A stretch of 64,000 bases of DNA from an uncultured delta proteobacterium (GTDB taxonomy: Bacteria; Myxococcota_A; Polyangia; Polyangiales; B10-G4): the NCBI GenBank assembly GCA_963727445.1, contig CAVSGI010000008.1, positions 542,350 to 606,349 on the forward strand. The letters run 5' to 3'. The notes under the pieces are model-generated. The model was not told the origin of the DNA, ran no database searches, and worked only from the letters and a program-made list of their open reading frames with translations. A program made the position numbers and the translations under genes. Numbering within the stretch: position 1 is the first letter of the stretch; each line of letters begins with the position of its first letter. Below, one piece after another: positions 20,156-30,617 of the stretch.

Positions 20156-20449
20156 TCAGTCGGCGGATTTCTGGTCCGGCTTCTTGCAGTTGAAGTGGCG
20201 CTCTCTCTCGTCCCCAGCCTCGAGATCCGCCTGTGTCTTGCGGGTGAGCTGATAGAGGCTCTTGCCCCCGGCGGCAAGGCCGATGGCGGCCCCGACCCAG
20301 GCGAGCCAGGGGGTCGTGCCGAGCTGGCCATCCAGCCAGCGCCCCCCGAAGTATCCGACGCAGAGCGCCAGGCCCAGCTCGATCCCGATGGCGCCTACGC
20401 GACCAGCGATCTTGAGCTGCTCCGAGTCCGCGGACTTGAGAACCCACAT
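20156..20449 (-). CDS. atpZ: AtpZ/AtpI-family (ATPase gene 1) protein
   Basis: GIEL..VG..GG.WLD..LGT.PW motif; start uncertain. Confidence 0.8.
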   Translation of the reverse strand: MWVLKSADSEQLKIAGRVGAIGIELGLALCVGYFGGRWLDGQLGTTPWLAWVGAAIGLAAGGKSLYQLTRKTQADLEAGDERERHFNCKKPDQKSAD

Positions 20450-20529
20450 CACGTCAAAGACCTCGAAACCACTTTGAAAAACTGCCGGGGAAGCACCCCG
20501 TGCGAAACGCCCTTTCCGAGCGCGCGCGC

Positions 20530-20558
20530 TAGGTAGCACGCCCCCCTGGTGGGGTCAA
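20530..20558 (-). promoter_or_regulatory. Putative sigma70 promoter of the atp F0 operon
   Basis: TTGACC-17 nt-TACCTA with extended TG on the minus strand. Confidence 0.5.
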
Positions 20559-20609
20559 GGACGCCCGAAGACCAGCGTTTCGGGGGAAAAGCGTTTCGAT
20601 TACGAGTGG

Positions 20610-21893
20610 TTAACAGGCGGCAAAGGCCGCCTCCATCGCCTTCTTCGTGTGTCCCAACGCGGCGCTATCGTGCGCGGTGGAGAGGAAGCCAGCCTCGAAC
20701 TGGGAGGGCGGCCAGTGCACGCCCTGCTCGATGAGCGCCGCGTGCCATCGGCCGAAACGCTCCTTGTCCGAAGCGGCAGCGTCATCCCAGCTCTTCACCG
20801 CACCGTCGCGGAAGAAGGGGGTGAGCATGGCGCCCACCCGCTGGACCGTGACCGTCACCCCGGCCTTCTTCGCGGCGGATTCGACGATCTCCTGGAGCTC
20901 GGCGCCGATGGCTTCGAGCTTCTCGTAGACGCCCTGCTCGCGGGCGAGCTCGAGGGTCGCCTTGCCGGCCGCGACGGCCAGCGGGTTTCCGCTGAGGGTG
21001 CCGGCTTGATAGACCGGACCGAGGGGGGCGATGCGCTCCATGATCTCTCGGCGGCCCCCGTAGGCGCCGACCGGCAGCCCACCACCCACGATCTTGCCGA
21101 GGCAGGTGAGGTCCGGCGTGATCCCGAAGCGCGCCTGGGCGCCGCCGAGGGCCACCCGGAAGCCGGTCATGACCTCGTCGAAGACGAGGAGGGCGCCGCT
21201 CTTCTGCGTGATCTCGCGGAGCGCCTCGAGGTAGCCGGGCTCGGGCGGGACGGTGCCCATGTTGCCAGCGACCGGCTCGAGGATCACGGCGGCGATCTCG
21301 TCGCCGCGCTCTTCGAAGAGGGCGCGGACGGCGTCGGCGTCGTTGTAGGGGACGAGCGCGGTGTTCTTGGCGATGTCCGCGGGCACGCCGCCGCTGTCCG
21401 GGACCCCGAAGGTCGCGAGGCCGCTCCCCGCCTTGACGAGGAGGTAGTCGGCGCCGCCGTGGTAGTTGCCGATGCACTTCACGACCACGTCGCGGCCGGT
21501 GAAGCCGCGCGCCACGCGGAGCGCGCCCATCACCGCCTCGGTGCCGCTCGACACCAGCCGGCTCATCTGCATCGACGGGACCAGCTCGGCGATGAGCTCG
21601 GCCATCTCGATCTCGCCTTCGGTGGGCGCGCCGTAGCTCGTGCCCTTGGCGGCAGCCTTCTGCACGGCCTCGACCACCTTCGGGTGGGCGTGGCCGAAGA
21701 GCATCGGGCCCCAGGAGCCGACGTAGTCGACGTATTCCCTTCCGTCGGCGCCCACCAGGTAGGCGCCATGGGCGGCCTTTATGAAGATCGGCGAGCCGCC
21801 CACCGCCGCGAAGGCGCGGACGGGGGAGTTGACGCCGCCAGGGAGGACCTTCTTCGCGCGCTCGAAGAGCGCGATGCTCTTTTCATCGGCCAT
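20610..21893 (-). CDS. hemL: Glutamate-1-semialdehyde 2,1-aminomutase
   Basis: PGGVNSPVRAF, DYVGSWGP, SSGTEA, FDEVMTGFR, GKIVGGGLPVGAYGG, QAGTLSGNP. Confidence 0.97.
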   Translation of the reverse strand: MADEKSIALFERAKKVLPGGVNSPVRAFAAVGGSPIFIKAAHGAYLVGADGREYVDYVGSWGPMLFGHAHPKVVEAVQKAAAKGTSYGAPTEGEIEMAELIAELVPSMQMSRLVSSGTEAVMGALRVARGFTGRDVVVKCIGNYHGGADYLLVKAGSGLATFGVPDSGGVPADIAKNTALVPYNDADAVRALFEERGDEIAAVILEPVAGNMGTVPPEPGYLEALREITQKSGALLVFDEVMTGFRVALGGAQARFGITPDLTCLGKIVGGGLPVGAYGGRREIMERIAPLGPVYQAGTLSGNPLAVAAGKATLELAREQGVYEKLEAIGAELQEIVESAAKKAGVTVTVQRVGAMLTPFFRDGAVKSWDDAAASDKERFGRWHAALIEQGVHWPPSQFEAGFLSTAHDSAALGHTKKAMEAAFAAC

Positions 21894-21925
21894 GAAGGCC
21901 GTTTACCACACAGCGCGCTCCGGGG

Positions 21926-23380
21926 TCAGAGCTCGCTGGCGCCCACCGAGAGACGGAAGGAGCTGACGTGGGCTCCCTGCGCGAAGGTGTCGGTGCCGAA
22001 GGCGATCTCCAGGGTGAAGCTGGTGTCGCGCTCTGCGATGGTGCTGATACCCATCCCCCAGGTGAGGCGCAGGCGGTCCACGTCGAAGTCCCCGAGGTGC
22101 TCGCCGAAGACGTTGGCCACGGCGACATTCGCGACCCCTTCGAGCCAGACCCAGATCGGATAGCGATAGACGAGGGAGAGGCCCGCCGCGCTCCGCCCGC
22201 GAAGGTCGCCCTGGTAGTAACCGGTGATCAGGTTGGGGAAGTCTTCGATCCGGATCAGCTCGTTGAAGGGCAGCGGCGCGTCGCCCACGGGGTCGGCGAA
22301 GAGCGCGCCGCCGCCGAGCCCGAGCCTTCGTTGGCTGCCGAAGTCGAACCACGCCCCCCCGGTGGCGCCGTAGCGGAACCAGCGACGCGAAACGAGGTGC
22401 TCGACGTCGTAGCCGAGCTCGCCGTAGACCTGCAGGCGCACGCCGGTGGCCGATGCGGGGCGCGGCCGGCGGTTGTCGATGGCGAGGCGCATCGACTGGT
22501 AGACCTTGGTGTAGCCGTCCACGAAAGCCGCCGGCGTGGAGAAGAGGCCCTGGTCCACGGCCTCGGGCACGCTGGGCTCGTCGCCCCAGGTGGTGTCTGA
22601 AAAGCGGTAGTGCTGAAGGCCGACGGCGAGGCGGAGCATGCTCTCGCGCCAGAACCGGTGCTGAAAGCGCAGATGCGCCTGCCACAGGTCCAGCTTGTAG
22701 CGGCTGCGCATGGTGCCGACGCGGACGTCGTAGCCTTCGCCTCCGTAGACCTGATCCGGCCTCCGCAGGTAGTCGAAGTTGACCTCGATCTCGGAGCGCG
22801 CGCCGACGTCGACGCGATCGCTCACGGCAGCGTGCAGATACTGGGTGCCCCAGAAGCCGCCCCAGACACGGAGATGGTTTCCCTCGGTGAGGAAGTCGTT
22901 CCAGAAGAAGTAGACGCCGGCGCTCGGGAGGAAGCCGAAGTTGAAGAAGAAGGTCGGCACGAGGCCCGCCTTGCGATCCTCCCAGGTGAAGAAGTCGAAG
23001 AGGAGCTGCACGACGTTCGCTTTTTCGAGCGCCGGCACTGCCGCCGCGAGCGGCACCCGCAGCAGGTACTCCCAGGCGACGTAGACGGGGAAGAAGAGGA
23101 CGCGAGGGATCCAGAGCAGCTTCTGGCCGAAGGTCGTCGGCGCCGGCGCGCGCCCGTCGTAGGAGGGGATGGCGCGGCGCGAGGTGAGGAGGGGCTCGGA
23201 GTACTGAGGCTCCACGTCGTCAGCGTTGGCTGGATCGTCTGGAGCAGACGTGGACGCGGCCGGCGGTGACCCCTCACGTGGGGTCTGTGGCCGTGGCCCT
23301 TCGCCGTCGAGGGGTTCGTCCACCTGCGCTCGCGCCACCGGCGCGGCGAGGAGCACCGCGACCAGGATCAGCGCTCTCAT
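21926..23380 (-). CDS. Omp85/BamA-TamA-like outer-membrane beta-barrel without obvious POTRA domains
   Basis: Signal peptide ending ARA-Q; alternating aromatic beta-strands; IDNR..P..G, GYYQGDLRGRSA..LVYRYPIW, VANVFG, WGMGI pattern. Confidence 0.65.
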   Translation of the reverse strand: MRALILVAVLLAAPVARAQVDEPLDGEGPRPQTPREGSPPAASTSAPDDPANADDVEPQYSEPLLTSRRAIPSYDGRAPAPTTFGQKLLWIPRVLFFPVYVAWEYLLRVPLAAAVPALEKANVVQLLFDFFTWEDRKAGLVPTFFFNFGFLPSAGVYFFWNDFLTEGNHLRVWGGFWGTQYLHAAVSDRVDVGARSEIEVNFDYLRRPDQVYGGEGYDVRVGTMRSRYKLDLWQAHLRFQHRFWRESMLRLAVGLQHYRFSDTTWGDEPSVPEAVDQGLFSTPAAFVDGYTKVYQSMRLAIDNRRPRPASATGVRLQVYGELGYDVEHLVSRRWFRYGATGGAWFDFGSQRRLGLGGGALFADPVGDAPLPFNELIRIEDFPNLITGYYQGDLRGRSAAGLSLVYRYPIWVWLEGVANVAVANVFGEHLGDFDVDRLRLTWGMGISTIAERDTSFTLEIAFGTDTFAQGAHVSSFRLSVGASEL

Positions 23381-25119
23381 GGCGAGGGGGGCTCCGCGTC
23401 CTCGGGGCGCTCGAGGCCGACCAGGCGGTAGTCGTGGGCGCCGCGGACGTAGAAGTGAAAGCGGGCGGGGCCCGTGGCGTCGTCGCCGGTGGTCGCCCGC
23501 AGATCCATCACCAGATACTCGGGGGCGTTCGGGGACGCGCTCGAGACCACCGGGAGCGGAGCGCAGACCCAGCCGTCGTCTCCGGGGTTCGCGTCGCCCA
23601 CGCTCAGCGGCGACAGGCGCTCGCCGACCCACGCCGCGGTCTCGTAGCGGCGCCTCTCGGCGTCACGAACGCCGCTGTAGACGGCGAGGTCCTGGGCGCA
23701 GAGGCTCGCGCGACCCGCGACCTCGCGCACCTGTGGCCAGGTGAGCGGCGACAGCCTGGTGAGAAAGCGGGCGAGGATGCGGTCGCGCCGGCCGATCAGG
23801 ATGCGCACCAGCTCCCGTTCCACGACCGGATCGGAGAAGCGGCCCCGCGCCACCATCGCGCGCACGTGCGCGTCGCGGAAGCGCGCGATGATGCGCGCCA
23901 TCCACGCCGCGTCGTCCTCCTGCAGCCGGTCGTAGGCGTTGTTGGCGTAGCCCGGCACCCACTCGTCCGGGACGAAGCGCCGCACGTCGTAGTAGCCGAG
24001 TGTCTTGCCCGCCGGGCCGTAGGCCGCGTGGTACCAGGGGCGGTCGACGAGGCCCAGGCTCACCCAATCGCCGACGATGTCACCGACGTCGAAGTAGCCG
24101 CTGTGGCCGAAGCGCTTCGTCAGGTCGTCCCAGCCGTGGATGATCCCGAAGCAGTCGCCGAAATCGAGCATGTAGTGACGCACGAAGCCTGCGCCGCTCT
24201 CCTCGTCGACCTCGACCCACGCGGCGAGGGTGTTCTCCTGACGGGCGTCGATGTGATCGGTCCAGGCCGACAGCACGTACATCGCGCGCAGATCGCGCCG
24301 GTGCTCGTGGGGCACCGCGTCGTTCTGATCGCCGGCGCGAATGCCGTGGTAACGCCAGGGGCTGATGGGTCGCCCGTCGATGAACTGGCTGACAGACGCG
24401 CGGTAGCGTCCGTCGGGGAGGCGCGTCGCCTTGTCGAGCACCTGGGTGACGTGCGCCTCGGTGAGCGGCTCGACGCTCCCGTTGGTCCGGTCGATCTCCA
24501 CGCCTTCGCCCAGCTCGAGGATCGAGCGGTCGAAGACCACGACGCGGTTACAGGGCGTGTTGTAGCCGGCGGAGTAGTAGATGAGCGAGCCGATGACGTC
24601 GGCCGCGCTTGGCCGCTCTGCCTGCAGGTCTCCGTCGGTCTTCATCAGGTAGCGGACGCCGTTCGCATCCTCGATCTGAAAGCCCGGGTTCGCGCCGTCC
24701 GGCTTTCCCCCGACGATGGTCCAGGGCCCGTCCAGCTCGTCGTCGGTGTCGCGACAGGGGCCGCGCGCCACCCGCTCGGCGTCCCATTCGGTGCGCGACA
24801 GGCGGTTTTGGTACCAGCTCGAATCGGGGACCTCGTCGAGGGCGTTGACGTTGATGGCGCGCCGCCCGGCCTCGAAGAGGAAGAGCTCGGAGGCCGGCCG
24901 GAAGACCGAGTTGTCGGCGCCGTCCCAGCTGTACGAGGAGTAGAACGAAGCAGGAGGCCGGGCGATGGGGCGCTGATCGTCGTCGATCCACACGATCTCG
25001 GCGTCGGGGAAGCGGCGGAGGCCCGCGGCGCAGCCGCTCGTGGTGAGCAGGCAGCCGCTCAGCGCGAGGGCCCCCACGAGGCGCGCGCGGTGCCCAGGGG
25101 TTCGATCGATGGCCACCAC
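23377..25119 (-). CDS. Exported lipoprotein with atypical kinase-like motifs
   Basis: Lipobox TSGC; GGKPDGANPGF, YLMKTD, AGYNTP, DHIDARQEN, LDFGDCFG, C-terminal L..RRD.I. Confidence 0.65.
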   Translation of the reverse strand: MVAIDRTPGHRARLVGALALSGCLLTTSGCAAGLRRFPDAEIVWIDDDQRPIARPPASFYSSYSWDGADNSVFRPASELFLFEAGRRAINVNALDEVPDSSWYQNRLSRTEWDAERVARGPCRDTDDELDGPWTIVGGKPDGANPGFQIEDANGVRYLMKTDGDLQAERPSAADVIGSLIYYSAGYNTPCNRVVVFDRSILELGEGVEIDRTNGSVEPLTEAHVTQVLDKATRLPDGRYRASVSQFIDGRPISPWRYHGIRAGDQNDAVPHEHRRDLRAMYVLSAWTDHIDARQENTLAAWVEVDEESGAGFVRHYMLDFGDCFGIIHGWDDLTKRFGHSGYFDVGDIVGDWVSLGLVDRPWYHAAYGPAGKTLGYYDVRRFVPDEWVPGYANNAYDRLQEDDAAWMARIIARFRDAHVRAMVARGRFSDPVVERELVRILIGRRDRILARFLTRLSPLTWPQVREVAGRASLCAQDLAVYSGVRDAERRRYETAAWVGERLSPLSVGDANPGDDGWVCAPLPVVSSASPNAPEYLVMDLRATTGDDATGPARFHFYVRGAHDYRLVGLERPEDAEPPSP

Positions 25120-25238
25120 CGCAGCCGGACTATGCCCGAGGGCCCCCTGAAATAGAAGGAGATCCGCCGGTGTTGCCGACCCCGCGGGGCACGTGCTAGC
25201 CGTGCCACCCCCGGCGCCGCCGGCCCTCAGGAGATGCC

Positions 25239-26269
<1,031 letters not shown>

Positions 26270-26306
26270 ACAGAACGCGAGCGGAAGGGGAGTCAGGGGC
26301 AACGAG

Positions 26307-27194
26307 ATGATCCCGCGGGAGCTGATCAAGAAGCTGCGCAAGATCGAGATCCACACCTCTCGACTCGCCAACGATCAGCTCGCGGGCAGCTACCACTCCG
26401 TCTTCAAGGGCCGCGGGATGGCTTTCAGCGAGGTGCGCCAGTATCAACCCGGCGACGACGTTCGTTTCATCGACTGGAACGTCAGCGCTCGGATGAACGA
26501 CGTCTACGTGAAGGTCTTCACCGAAGAGCGCGAGATGACGGTGATGCTCCTCGTGGATCTGTCCGCGAGCGAGCGCTTCGGCTCGGTGGCGCGGCCCAAG
26601 ATCGAGGTGGTCGCCGAGATCAGCGCGCTCTTGGCCTTCAGCGCGATCAAGAACAACGATCGCGTGGGCCTCATCCTCTTCACCGATCGCGTGGAGCGCT
26701 ACGTGCCGCCCAAGAAGGGCAAAGGGCACGTGATGCGCGTGGTCACGGAGATCCTGAACGCCCACCCCGAGGGCGAGGGCACCGATCTGGGCGTCGCCCT
26801 CGACATGCTCGGCAAGGTCGCCAAGCGGCGGAGCGTGGCGTTCCTGGTGAGCGACTTCATCGCCGGCGACTACGACAAGCCGCTGCGCGTGGCGTCGGCG
26901 AAACACGACCTGATCCCGATCCAGGTGACCGACCCTCGCGAGGAAGAGCTGCCCAACGTCGGCCTCGCGCTCCTCGAGGATCTCGAGACCGGCGAGCTCA
27001 TCGAGATAGACACCTCGGACCCCACCGTCCGTGGTTGGTACTTCGAGCGCATCGCCAAGGAGCGCGCCGCGCGCGAGCGCCGCTTCAAACGACTGAAGAT
27101 GGACGCGGTCACGGTGCGCACCAGCGAGGACTACGTGCGTCCGATCGCCGAGCTCTTCCGCATGCGGCAGCGGCGCCTGGGTGGTTTCCGGTGA
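26307..27194 (+). CDS. DUF58 domain protein
   Basis: GRGMAFSEVRQYQPGDDVRFIDWNVSAR, VDLSAS, FLVSDF. Confidence 0.92.
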   Translation: MIPRELIKKLRKIEIHTSRLANDQLAGSYHSVFKGRGMAFSEVRQYQPGDDVRFIDWNVSARMNDVYVKVFTEEREMTVMLLVDLSASERFGSVARPKIEVVAEISALLAFSAIKNNDRVGLILFTDRVERYVPPKKGKGHVMRVVTEILNAHPEGEGTDLGVALDMLGKVAKRRSVAFLVSDFIAGDYDKPLRVASAKHDLIPIQVTDPREEELPNVGLALLEDLETGELIEIDTSDPTVRGWYFERIAKERAARERRFKRLKMDAVTVRTSEDYVRPIAELFRMRQRRLGGFR

Positions 27195-28282
27195 GGGGGG
27201 GGGTCCTGGCGTTGGTGCTGTGCCTGGCCGCGGCTTCTGCATCGGCGCAGTCCGCCGATACCGAGACGGGCGAGCCGGGTGAGGGGAACGGCGCCACGTC
27301 GGAGGACGAGGGAAGCGGCGCCACGTCGGAGGACGAGGCTGAAGGCGGCACCGCCTCCGACCTCCTCCCCCCCGAGCTCGCCCCCACCCTCTCCCTCGCG
27401 GTCGAGCCCGACTCGGGCGTCATGACCGGCGATCTGGTGACGCTGGTGATCACCGCCGAGGCGCACGAGGGCGACGACGTGGCGGTGCCGCGACAGGAGC
27501 TCGCGCCCTTCGAGGTGCTCGACTCGTCGGCTGAGCAGAACGGGTCCACCTTCGTCTTTCGCATCGAGCTCCTCGCGCTCGAGCCGGGCGAGCACGAGGT
27601 CGGGCCGGTGCGCCTGCGCGTCGTCACCTCGGACGGAACCCTGGGAAGCGCCGAGACCGCGCCGGTGAGCATCACGGTGGGATCGGTGCTCGGCAACGAG
27701 CCGGACGCGCAGCCGAAGCCTCCGACCGATCCGGTGGAGGTGATCGAAGAGGACTACACGCTGGCGTGGATCGGCGGCGGGCTCCTCGGGATGCTCCTTC
27801 TCGCGCTGATCATGTTCTTCGTCACGCGCTGGTGGCTGGGGCGCGACAAGCCCGAGCCGCCTCCACCGCCGCCCCGGCCCCCTTGGGAGGTCGCGATGGA
27901 GGAGCTCGGCGCGCTGCGGGGGAGCGTCGACCAGGACGCCGAGGCCAAGCGCCTCACGCGCTGGGTGGACGCGCTCAGCGACACGCTCCGGGTCTATCTC
28001 GGCGCGCGCTACGGCTTCGAGGGGATCGAGAGCACCACCGACGAAGCGGTGGCCTTCATTCGGCGCAAGAAGCCGAAGGGCATCACCGCCGAGCAGGTGG
28101 CGGGGATCCTCTCCGACTGCGACCTGGTGAAGTTCGCCAAGGCCACGCCCGAGCGCGAACGCTGCATCGCCCTCCTCGAGGCGGCGGAGGGGATCGTCAA
28201 AGCCACGACGGCGCGCCTGGGCGGTGAGGTGGTCACCGACGTGCCGGGCGTCCCGCCGAAGGAAGCGGAGGAGAGCGAATGA
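27191..28282 (+). CDS. Bat-operon membrane protein (Ig-like domain, single TM, C-terminal DLVKFA domain)
   Basis: Signal peptide, TM, poly-Pro, LR.YL..RY, ESTT.E, DLVKFA; GTGA overlap. Confidence 0.75.
   Translation: MRGGVLALVLCLAAASASAQSADTETGEPGEGNGATSEDEGSGATSEDEAEGGTASDLLPPELAPTLSLAVEPDSGVMTGDLVTLVITAEAHEGDDVAVPRQELAPFEVLDSSAEQNGSTFVFRIELLALEPGEHEVGPVRLRVVTSDGTLGSAETAPVSITVGSVLGNEPDAQPKPPTDPVEVIEEDYTLAWIGGGLLGMLLLALIMFFVTRWWLGRDKPEPPPPPPRPPWEVAMEELGALRGSVDQDAEAKRLTRWVDALSDTLRVYLGARYGFEGIESTTDEAVAFIRRKKPKGITAEQVAGILSDCDLVKFAKATPERERCIALLEAAEGIVKATTARLGGEVVTDVPGVPPKEAEESE
27290..27338 (+). repeat. Short direct repeat GGCGCCACGTCGGAGGACGAGG x2 (GATSEDE)
   Basis: Read directly, 27-nt period. 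Confidence 0.8.
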
Positions 28283-29400
28283 CGCTCAACAAGATCCTGC
28301 GCTTCCTGGCGCCCATCGCCTGGACGCTCTTCTTCGCGCTGCCCACCACCTACCTGGTGCTGTGGGCGGTGGACGTGGTCTACGAGGTCCCGCTCCGCCC
28401 CGACAGCTTTCGTTTCGAGCGGCCGTGGGCCGGCCTTCTCATCCCGGCGGCGCTCCTGGTCCTGGTCTCCCGCGGCTACCTGCAGCGCTACGCTGCACCC
28501 CGGCTGCTCGTGAGCCGCGGCTCGGATCTCGCGCGCGGGCGAAAAGGATTCCGGATCTGGGCCAAGGACAGCACGGTGGGGATGCGAGTCACGGCGGTGG
28601 CGCTCCTGGCCATCGCGCTGATGGGCCCGCAGAGCATCCACGCCCGCGACCGCGCCGAGCTCGAGGGCATCGACATCGTGCTCACCCTCGACGCGTCGCT
28701 CTCGATGCAGGCGGCGGACATCCAGCCGAACCGCTTCGCCGCCACCCAACAGGTGGTCGACAGCTTCATCCAGCGGCGCCCCAACGACCGCATGGGCGCG
28801 GTCATCTTCGGCCGCGACGCTTACACGCTCCTGCCGTTGACCACCGACAAGGAAGCGCTTCGCACGATGATCTCTCAGCTCGAGCTGGGGCTCATCGACG
28901 GACGCGGCACCGCGATCGGCAACGCGGTCGCCACCGCCCTGAACCGGCTCCGCGACAGCCAGGCCAAGAGCAAGGTCGTGATCCTGCTGACTGACGGCGA
29001 CTCGAACAGCGGCAACGTCTCGCCGGACCAGGCCGCGGAGTTCGCGTCGGTGATGGACGTCAAGGTCTTCACCATCCTGATGGGCCAGACGGATGAAGCG
29101 CGCGTGCAGCGCGGCACCGGCTTCGGCGGGCGCCCGATCTTCGACGTCGGCAACTTCCCGGTGAACCCCGAGCTCCTTCAGCACATGGCGGAGCAGACGG
29201 GCGGCGAGTACTACCACGTCGCCGATCGCCAGGGCCTCGAGCGGAGCTTCCACGCCATCCTCGACACCCTCGAGCGGAGCGAGCTCGAGGATCTGGGCCG
29301 CGTCTACGGCGAGCTCTTCCCCGCGTTCCTCTGGCCGGCCTTCGCGCTCCTCGCCGTCGAGCTCTTCGCCGGCGCGCTCATCTTCCGGAGGTGGCCATGA
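28279..29400 (+). CDS. batA: VWA domain protein BatA
   Basis: DIVLTLDASLSM (MIDAS), NDRMG, GTAIGNA, ILLTDG, TGGEYY. Confidence 0.85.
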   Translation: MTLNKILRFLAPIAWTLFFALPTTYLVLWAVDVVYEVPLRPDSFRFERPWAGLLIPAALLVLVSRGYLQRYAAPRLLVSRGSDLARGRKGFRIWAKDSTVGMRVTAVALLAIALMGPQSIHARDRAELEGIDIVLTLDASLSMQAADIQPNRFAATQQVVDSFIQRRPNDRMGAVIFGRDAYTLLPLTTDKEALRTMISQLELGLIDGRGTAIGNAVATALNRLRDSQAKSKVVILLTDGDSNSGNVSPDQAAEFASVMDVKVFTILMGQTDEARVQRGTGFGGRPIFDVGNFPVNPELLQHMAEQTGGEYYHVADRQGLERSFHAILDTLERSELEDLGRVYGELFPAFLWPAFALLAVELFAGALIFRRWP

Positions 29401-30617
29401 GCCAGTTCCGCTCCGGCCCCTTGCCGTGGGTCCTGATCGTCTTCGGGTCTGTTGCCCTCGGCGGCCTCCTCGCCGGCGCGCTCGTGTGGCTCTCGGGGAG
29501 CCTCGAAGCGCTCTCCGCGCTCTCCTTCCGCCACCGGGATCTCTTGTGGCTCCTCGCCGCGGTCGGTCCCTTCGCGGGGCTCACCGTCGCGGCCTGGCAC
29601 CTCCGTCAGCGCGCGTCGGCCCGCTTCGGTCAGACCGCCGTCGATCGCTCGCTGATCGCCGGACGCTCGGGCGTGCTCCGCGCGGTGCGCGGCGTGCTGC
29701 TGGTCATCACCCTCGCGCTCATCACCTTCGCCCTCGCGGGCCCGCAGTACGGGAGCCACACCCGCATGCTGCAGAAGCGCGGCGTCGACGTGGTGATCGC
29801 CCTCGACTTCTCGAAGAGCATGCTGGCGCGCGACATCCGCCCGGACCGGATCACACGGGCCAAGGCGGAGCTCACGCGCTTCATCGAGGACCTCGATGGA
29901 GACCGCGTGGGGATCGTCGCCTTCGCGGGCGAGACGATGGAGTTCCCCATGACCGTCGACTACTCGGCGGTGGGTCTGTTCCTCGACGACCTCGGCCCCT
30001 ACGACATGCCGGTGGGGGGCACCGCCATCGGGCGCGCGCTCGTCGCCTCCAAGCGCCTCCTCGAGCGGGCCGACCACGACCACGGCGCGGAGGACGAAGA
30101 CCTCGCGCCGCGCTCGCGCGTCGTGATCCTCATGACCGACGGCGAGGATCACGAGGGCGACCCGCTCGCCGCGGCACAGGAGCTCGCGGACGCAGGCATT
30201 CGCGTCTACGTCGTCGGCCTCGGCTCGCGCACCGGCGAGCCCATCCCGACCTACGGGCCCGACGGCACCTGGACCGGGTGGCTTCGCGACGACGACGGCA
30301 ACCCCGTGACCACCGCGCTCACGGCGGAGAACGAGGAGGCGCTGACGGAGATCGCCGAGACCACCGGAGGCCGCTACTTCCGGGCGGCGCAGGGCGGGGT
30401 CGGGATCGATCAGATCCGTCGCGAGATGCGCCGGATGAAGCAGGAAGAGCGCGAAGCGCGGCGGGTCACGGTGGACGAAGACCGCTACGCCCTGGTGCTC
30501 TTGCCCGCGTTCTTCTTCCTGCTTCTCGAGAGTTTGTTGCCAGATGCCTGGATCGGACGGCGCAGACGACGCAAGCTGGGCGTCGCTCGTCCCCCGCGCG
30601 CCAAGGAGGCGGCATGA
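29397..30617 (+). CDS. batB: VWA domain protein BatB
   Basis: ALDFSKSM..DIRPDR..AK, DRVGIVAFAG, GGTAIG, MTDGEDHEG. Confidence 0.85.
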   Translation: MSQFRSGPLPWVLIVFGSVALGGLLAGALVWLSGSLEALSALSFRHRDLLWLLAAVGPFAGLTVAAWHLRQRASARFGQTAVDRSLIAGRSGVLRAVRGVLLVITLALITFALAGPQYGSHTRMLQKRGVDVVIALDFSKSMLARDIRPDRITRAKAELTRFIEDLDGDRVGIVAFAGETMEFPMTVDYSAVGLFLDDLGPYDMPVGGTAIGRALVASKRLLERADHDHGAEDEDLAPRSRVVILMTDGEDHEGDPLAAAQELADAGIRVYVVGLGSRTGEPIPTYGPDGTWTGWLRDDDGNPVTTALTAENEEALTEIAETTGGRYFRAAQGGVGIDQIRREMRRMKQEEREARRVTVDEDRYALVLLPAFFFLLLESLLPDAWIGRRRRRKLGVARPPRAKEAA

